From: Trypanosoma brucei
Taxonomy: Eukaryota
Assembly: GCA_000002445.1 (NCBI GenBank)
Contig: CH464491.1
Span: forward strand, 3,744,001-3,808,000
Direction of reading: 5' to 3'
DNA: 64,000 nucleotides
Positions 59,922 through 64,000 of this stretch are shown in pieces. The notes beneath the pieces are model-generated. The model saw nothing but the letters and a program-made list of their open reading frames with translations. It had not been told where the DNA came from and made no database searches. How positions within the stretch are numbered: the stretch's first letter is position 1; every line of letters starts with the position of its first letter. Both the position numbers and the translations under genes were made by a program.

Positions 59922-62900
59922 ATGCTGCATGCAACTGTGGCGCCGTCGTTACCCGCGTCTGCAGTCACACACTCCGTATCGGGACGATTCTCTGAAGGTT
60001 TACCGGACAATGTTAGGGAATTGTTTATTTTCAAGAAGAATCACGTAGAATTGTGGCGTGTACCACAGGATCTGCCATCTGGTGAGAAGCGACTCTTATA
60101 TGTCACAGGGATACAATTGAATGCCCCGCCTGCATGTGTTGCAGTATGCAGGCCGACTGGATTTAGTGTGGATGTTCTTGTGATGTGCTTTGACGATTTT
60201 CATGTATCATTTGTCCAGTACGACCTGCTGTCGATGCGTCTCCGTACAGTGTTGCTTGTACAGTTGGATGACCGTGAGGTTTCACGCGACATGACACCTC
60301 TGGAACCTATCATGCGAGCAGATCCCACTGGAAGGTTTGTGATTGTGTTGGCTCGGCGACGGCACTTATTCCTTCTTCCGCTGTTGGGGCCAATGACATC
60401 CGAGGGCGCCTTGAAATCCGAGGCACAGCAGCCCGACAATGCTGAGGAACCAAATATCCCGGGTGCCACCCCTTCCGCATTGGGCGTTGCAGATGACTGG
60501 GGTGACGAGGGGGATTACGATGAGGAAACTAAAGAAAATAAGGTGGCAGAGTCGAGTGACGCCGCATGTGGAGGCGCGTCACCTGAGGAAAACAGCTCAA
60601 AGGTTGTCGGATCATCAAGTGTGCTTCTACGCATTGGCGCTATTTCCATGTTCACCCTTTCAAAGGTTCTGAAGAGTTCGATTCGCTATGTACGCGACGT
60701 GCAGTTTATCGGTACCCTCGGTGAACCTCTGTTAGCCATATTGTGTGAGCGGAAGCCAACATGGGCCGGGCGGGTGAAACTCGTGGAGTGGCGTACAAAA
60801 GCGGTTGAGTCGAATATGCTTTCTCAGCAAGTTACTTGGGTGCAGATCTCCGGTACGGCGAGTGCCCTCCCGAAGCTATTACTCGTTGGGGAGGTTGATG
60901 GTGTCCCTTACAACGTAACTCACATGTTACCGGTGGGCTCTATCTCACAGGCCATGTCGGGTGTAATTTGCTTCGGCGTTAACACGATTATGCACATCAC
61001 AACGAGGCGAGGTTATGGTGCCTACTGGAACGAAACAGGGAAGGAAGAGTGCACCAGTTCCAAGTCGTCTGCTGTCTCTTATGGTAAGATAAACTGGTGT
61101 GACAAAAAACTGGAGTCTTCAACCGCATTATTCCGAGTGAACCTTTCGTTGGCTAATTGTGTGGCGGCCACATTAGAGGGTAAGGATGATGAAGGGTCGT
61201 TACAAGCTGTTGCTGTGTCAGAGGACGATGGTGTCGTTCTGATGCTTCAGTTCCTCTCTCAGGGATCCAACATTCACGACATACGCATTGCCGTATTGAC
61301 ATCCGGGTGCTACTGCTCGAGCATAACTCCAATAAGTGAACGTCTAATGTTTCTGGGTTCCGCGGTAAGTGACTCTTGTATAGCAACCGTTCGCCCACAA
61401 GGCAGCAGCATGGAAAGTCGTTTCCAAGTTGTGGAGAGTATGGAGGCGATAGGTTCAATTAGGGATGTTGATGTTGTCGACTGCAGCGCCTTACCTGACG
61501 GGGGATCCAACACAACACCTCGCTCCGAAGCGGGTGGCTCGTGGCTTGAGGAGACGCCGTTTGCTGAGCTTGCTGGAATGACTTCGCTGGATCCTATGCC
61601 AAATCTGTCTTCCATGGATTGTCGTGCAGTGATGGATTTAGCAGTGTGTGCAGGACAGGGCAGTTCTGGTTGCATATATGTGCTGCGTCAGTCGATACGA
61701 AATGCGGTTGTTCGCCGTGAGAAAGTCAACGCTGTGTCAGCTTTCTTTTTGGAGCTACCGCGTAACCCCAAACGGCTGCGAACAGAGGGGGATGATAGGG
61801 AAGGGGCAGCTCAGAACGTCGCGGGACCGCCCTCACGACTTTTACTGACCGGCCTTTCTTTTACCATTCCGTTCACTGTTCGGGGGGAGTCGGTACAGCA
61901 AGAACGGCATTCGGAGTTCATTGCTAATTGTCGTACTGTTTTTGCGGCGGGGGTTCCGTGGTTGGGTGCCTTGCTTCAGCTGACGGAAAAGGAGGGTCGA
62001 ATTATATCGTCTAATGGACGAAAATTACTCCACCGCTTCTCCTTTTCCGGTGAGCGGGATTTGGATGAGAACAGGCAGGTTAAATCTGCATGTCTTGCCC
62101 CTGAGTTGCAAGCTTTATTTGTTCTCCTAGACGGTGGAGTGTTGTTGCAGTTCACGCTTTCAGAGATGGGAGGAGCGCCGCAGAGGAAGGAATTCGCTGC
62201 AGGTGTCGTGGCTTTTACACTCTGGAGGGAGCCCAAGTCCATCATTATGTTTATGTCAAGTCTCACAATGATGATTCAAGATGCGGAAACAGGAAGTATA
62301 CAATGGATAATCCCTCAGATGGGTACGTTGCCTCCGTACACTGTTTCGGAGGAACCAGTTGCTGAGGCAACAAAGGAACCATCTGCCAGTGACGATCTTC
62401 CCCACGTGACACACGTGGAGGTGTTGAACTTACTAGAAGAATCCGCTACCGATCCTGGTGGGATCGTGGCAACCGCCCTTCTTGTTGTACTTGGTACGGG
62501 TGAGTTGGCTGTATATCACGTTGTGGGGCCTGATAAGTTTGGTCCACTCCGCCTAATCAAGAAGTTTCACCACTTTCTTGATACGAAAGCCGTCCGTGAA
62601 GTTATCGAATCTATTGAGGCGAAAAAGATGCGCCTGCAAAGTGAGCGTACCATGATAGAGAACGACACGCAGTCGGTGCGACACTGCAGCCGGCGCATTA
62701 TACCATTTGCAGCTGTGGCGGGCCAATCTGGAGCATATGTCTGCGGACAACATCCATTGTTTCTCATGTGGGACAACCGTACCCGTCAACTCGTAGCGTA
62801 TCGTCACCAGGCCCCTGGACTCGTACGCGGCTTCGTTCCATTTACATCTATGCCTGGGGGTTTCATTTACTGTTGTGAGGGATTTGTTGATTTCGCCGTT

Positions 62901-64000
62901 ATGAATACCTATTGCAGTCCAGGTGGAAATGGGTGGCTGAGGCGACGTATCCACATTGGCGCAACACCGCATTTCATTGTGTACGACCCCCCAGGGAGAA
63001 GCTGTTTCGTCGTAACTTCAAAAAAAGTACCATTTCGTCCTCAGCGTGCATCTTTTGACGTACAACTGAAGATTCAGTACGATGAAGATTCGAACACTGT
63101 TCAGAGTGTAACAACGGAGGCACCCGTTTGCAACATGCCGGCCATTAAGCCAGGCACTGGTGTGCGGGTACCTTTGACAGAAAGGTTTGAAGTACGCCTC
63201 CACTCGACATTTAAGAAGGGATGGGACTGTACAGATAAGTTAATGCTTGACGAAAATGAGAAGGTGCTGGGCGCACAAATGGTTGAGATACACCAAGACG
63301 CAAACGCAGACGGGTCAGCTACGGCACCCGTATGTGTCGTATGCACTGCATTTCCCTTGGGGGAGGATGTTACGTGCAGAGGCCGCATCATTTTGTTGGC
63401 GTCCAGGAACATTAAGGGAAGGCGCTCTATTGTACAACTTCACTCCGAACCACTGAATGGTCCGGCAACTGCGGTAGCGGGAATCTGTTCCCAAATTGCA
63501 GTCGCAGTGGGTGGAACGATCAAAATATTTCGCTACGATTGGGAAACAAAGAAATTGGTGGTGAGTGCCTTCCTGTACGCGGGAATGTACGCAACGAGGT
63601 TATCTGTCTTTCGAAACTATATTATTTATGGTGATCTTTGCCGTTCTTGCTCGATGGCACGCTTTAACGAGGAGAACCACACTTTAACTGTGTTGGGTAG
63701 GGACCGTAGTGCGGTGTCCGTTGTCCACTGTGACATGATGTACCACGACCGTGCGTTCGGTATTCTTTGTTCCGACGATGAACGTAACGTGCTAATAATG
63801 GGATACACTCCACGCGTGCAGGAAACGGATGCAGGCACGCACCCCAAAGTCCTCGAGTCGGTTCTCTCACTTGATGGTGAGTACCGGCTACCCAGCGGTA
63901 GTCTTGTGAAATCCCTTCGCTTCCGCTCAACTGCGGGAAATTCCAGCGTGACTCTGTACGTAAGTAACTACGGTGAAATTGGCTTTATCGTGCCCATCGG
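59922..64000 (+). CDS. CPSF160: Cleavage and polyadenylation specificity factor 160 kDa subunit (CPSF160/CPSF1), 5' portion; continues beyond window end
   Basis: Open frame from ATG 59922 to the window edge, about 1359 codons, with no stop found on manual reading. It is absent from the track because it has no stop. The N-terminus aligns with CPSF160 (VSFVQYDLLSMRLRTV...RADPTGRFVIVLARRRHLFLLPL~LSVVEYDPGTHDLKTL...[23 protein letters not shown]). A C-terminal CPSF_A-like segment reads GDLCRSCSMARFNEENHTLTVLGRD~[25 protein letters not shown]. Confidence 0.8.
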   Translation, partial: MLHATVAPSLPASAVTHSVSGRFSEGLPDNVRELFIFKKNHVELWRVPQDLPSGEKRLLYVTGIQLNAPPACVAVCRPTGFSVDVLVMCFDDFHVSFVQYDLLSMRLRTVLLVQLDDREVSRDMTPLEPIMRADPTGRFVIVLARRRHLFLLPLLGPMTSEGALKSEAQQPDNAEEPNIPGATPSALGVADDWGDEGDYDEETKENKVAESSDAACGGASPEENSSKVVGSSSVLLRIGAISMFTLSKVLKSSIRYVRDVQFIGTLGEPLLAILCERKPTWAGRVKLVEWRTKAVESNMLSQQVTWVQISGTASALPKLLLVGEVDGVPYNVTHMLPVGSISQAMSGVICFGVNTIMHITTRRGYGAYWNETGKEECTSSKSSAVSYGKINWCDKKLESSTALFRVNLSLANCVAATLEGKDDEGSLQAVAVSEDDGVVLMLQFLSQGSNIHDIRIAVLTSGCYCSSITPISERLMFLGSAVSDSCIATVRPQGSSMESRFQVVESMEAIGSIRDVDVVDCSALPDGGSNTTPRSEAGGSWLEETPFAELAGMTSLDPMPNLSSMDCRAVMDLAVCAGQGSSGCIYVLRQSIRNAVVRREKVNAVSAFFLELPRNPKRLRTEGDDREGAAQNVAGPPSRLLLTGLSFTIPFTVRGESVQQERHSEFIANCRTVFAAGVPWLGALLQLTEKEGRIISSNGRKLLHRFSFSGERDLDENRQVKSACLAPELQALFVLLDGGVLLQFTLSEMGGAPQRKEFAAGVVAFTLWREPKSIIMFMSSLTMMIQDAETGSIQWIIPQMGTLPPYTVSEEPVAEATKEPSASDDLPHVTHVEVLNLLEESATDPGGIVATALLVVLGTGELAVYHVVGPDKFGPLRLIKKFHHFLDTKAVREVIESIEAKKMRLQSERTMIENDTQSVRHCSRRIIPFAAVAGQSGAYVCGQHPLFLMWDNRTRQLVAYRHQAPGLVRGFVPFTSMPGGFIYCCEGFVDFAVMNTYCSPGGNGWLRRRIHIGATPHFIVYDPPGRSCFVVTSKKVPFRPQRASFDVQLKIQYDEDSNTVQSVTTEAPVCNMPAIKPGTGVRVPLTERFEVRLHSTFKKGWDCTDKLMLDENEKVLGAQMVEIHQDANADGSATAPVCVVCTAFPLGEDVTCRGRIILLASRNIKGRRSIVQLHSEPLNGPATAVAGICSQIAVAVGGTIKIFRYDWETKKLVVSAFLYAGMYATRLSVFRNYIIYGDLCRSCSMARFNEENHTLTVLGRDRSAVSVVHCDMMYHDRAFGILCSDDERNVLIMGYTPRVQETDAGTHPKVLESVLSLDGEYRLPSGSLVKSLRFRSTAGNSSVTLYVSNYGEIGFIVPI

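Noticed and set aside
1-64000. Search for tRNA, SL RNA, rRNA, CRISPR arrays, transposon or retroposon ends and prokaryotic defence-like operons
   Set aside because: I found no tRNA B-box (GGTTCGANTCC) in any spacer. There are no direct-repeat/spacer arrays. There are no long terminal or target-site duplications other than the carrier-gene conversion block. There is no bacterial gene signature. The window is ordinary eukaryotic core sequence.

Overview
This window reads as a core, gene-dense stretch of a Trypanosoma genome, most likely from the T. brucei group. The evidence is about 48% GC, back-to-back long ORFs with no introns, and intergenic spacers carrying polypyrimidine tracts followed by AG splice-acceptor dinucleotides and (TG)n/(TA)n microsatellites. 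The gene order CRM1 … tandem mitochondrial carriers … RPB7 agrees with my unverified recollection of T. brucei chromosome 11 synteny.

All 27 supportable protein-coding genes lie on the + strand. That is consistent with a single unidirectional polycistronic transcription unit with no strand-switch region. There are no tRNA, rRNA, SL-RNA, CRISPR or prokaryotic-style elements, and I could not convincingly identify any snoRNA by eye.

Several genes can be named from the protein sequence:
- axonemal dynein intermediate chain DNAI2/IC2
- SmG
- a TRIP12/UPL3-like HECT E3 ligase carrying a ZZ finger
- exportin-1 (CRM1)
- two tandem mitochondrial-carrier paralogs
- an ankyrin-repeat protein
- proteasome lid subunit RPN12
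- a PPR protein
- an ArfGAP
- BBSome subunit BBS9
- a USP deubiquitinase
- RPB7
- a kinase-like protein that is probably a pseudokinase
- a mitochondrial-type peptide deformylase
- a WLM (Wss1-like) metalloprotease with RanBP2 zinc fingers
- a DeSI/PPPDE peptidase with a long C-terminal extension
- the 5' three quarters of CPSF160, which runs off the window end

The supplied ORF track accepts TTG/GTG as start codons. For nine ORFs I moved the start to the first in-frame ATG: 2803→2815, 15493→15511, 18678→18771, 28813→28828, 31808→31820, 40460→40487, 44743→44851, 48499→48529 and 57599→57644.

The most notable structural observation is a 294-bp block at 293/294 identity, plus a second 32-bp identical patch, shared by the two tandem carrier genes whose flanks are otherwise divergent. 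That pattern points to mosaic gene conversion.

I found no evidence of a novel multi-gene system. The co-occurrence of ubiquitin/SUMO/proteasome-related genes is most likely coincidental, because trypanosome polycistrons are not functionally organised. Antisense ORFs inside the large genes are rejected as spurious.
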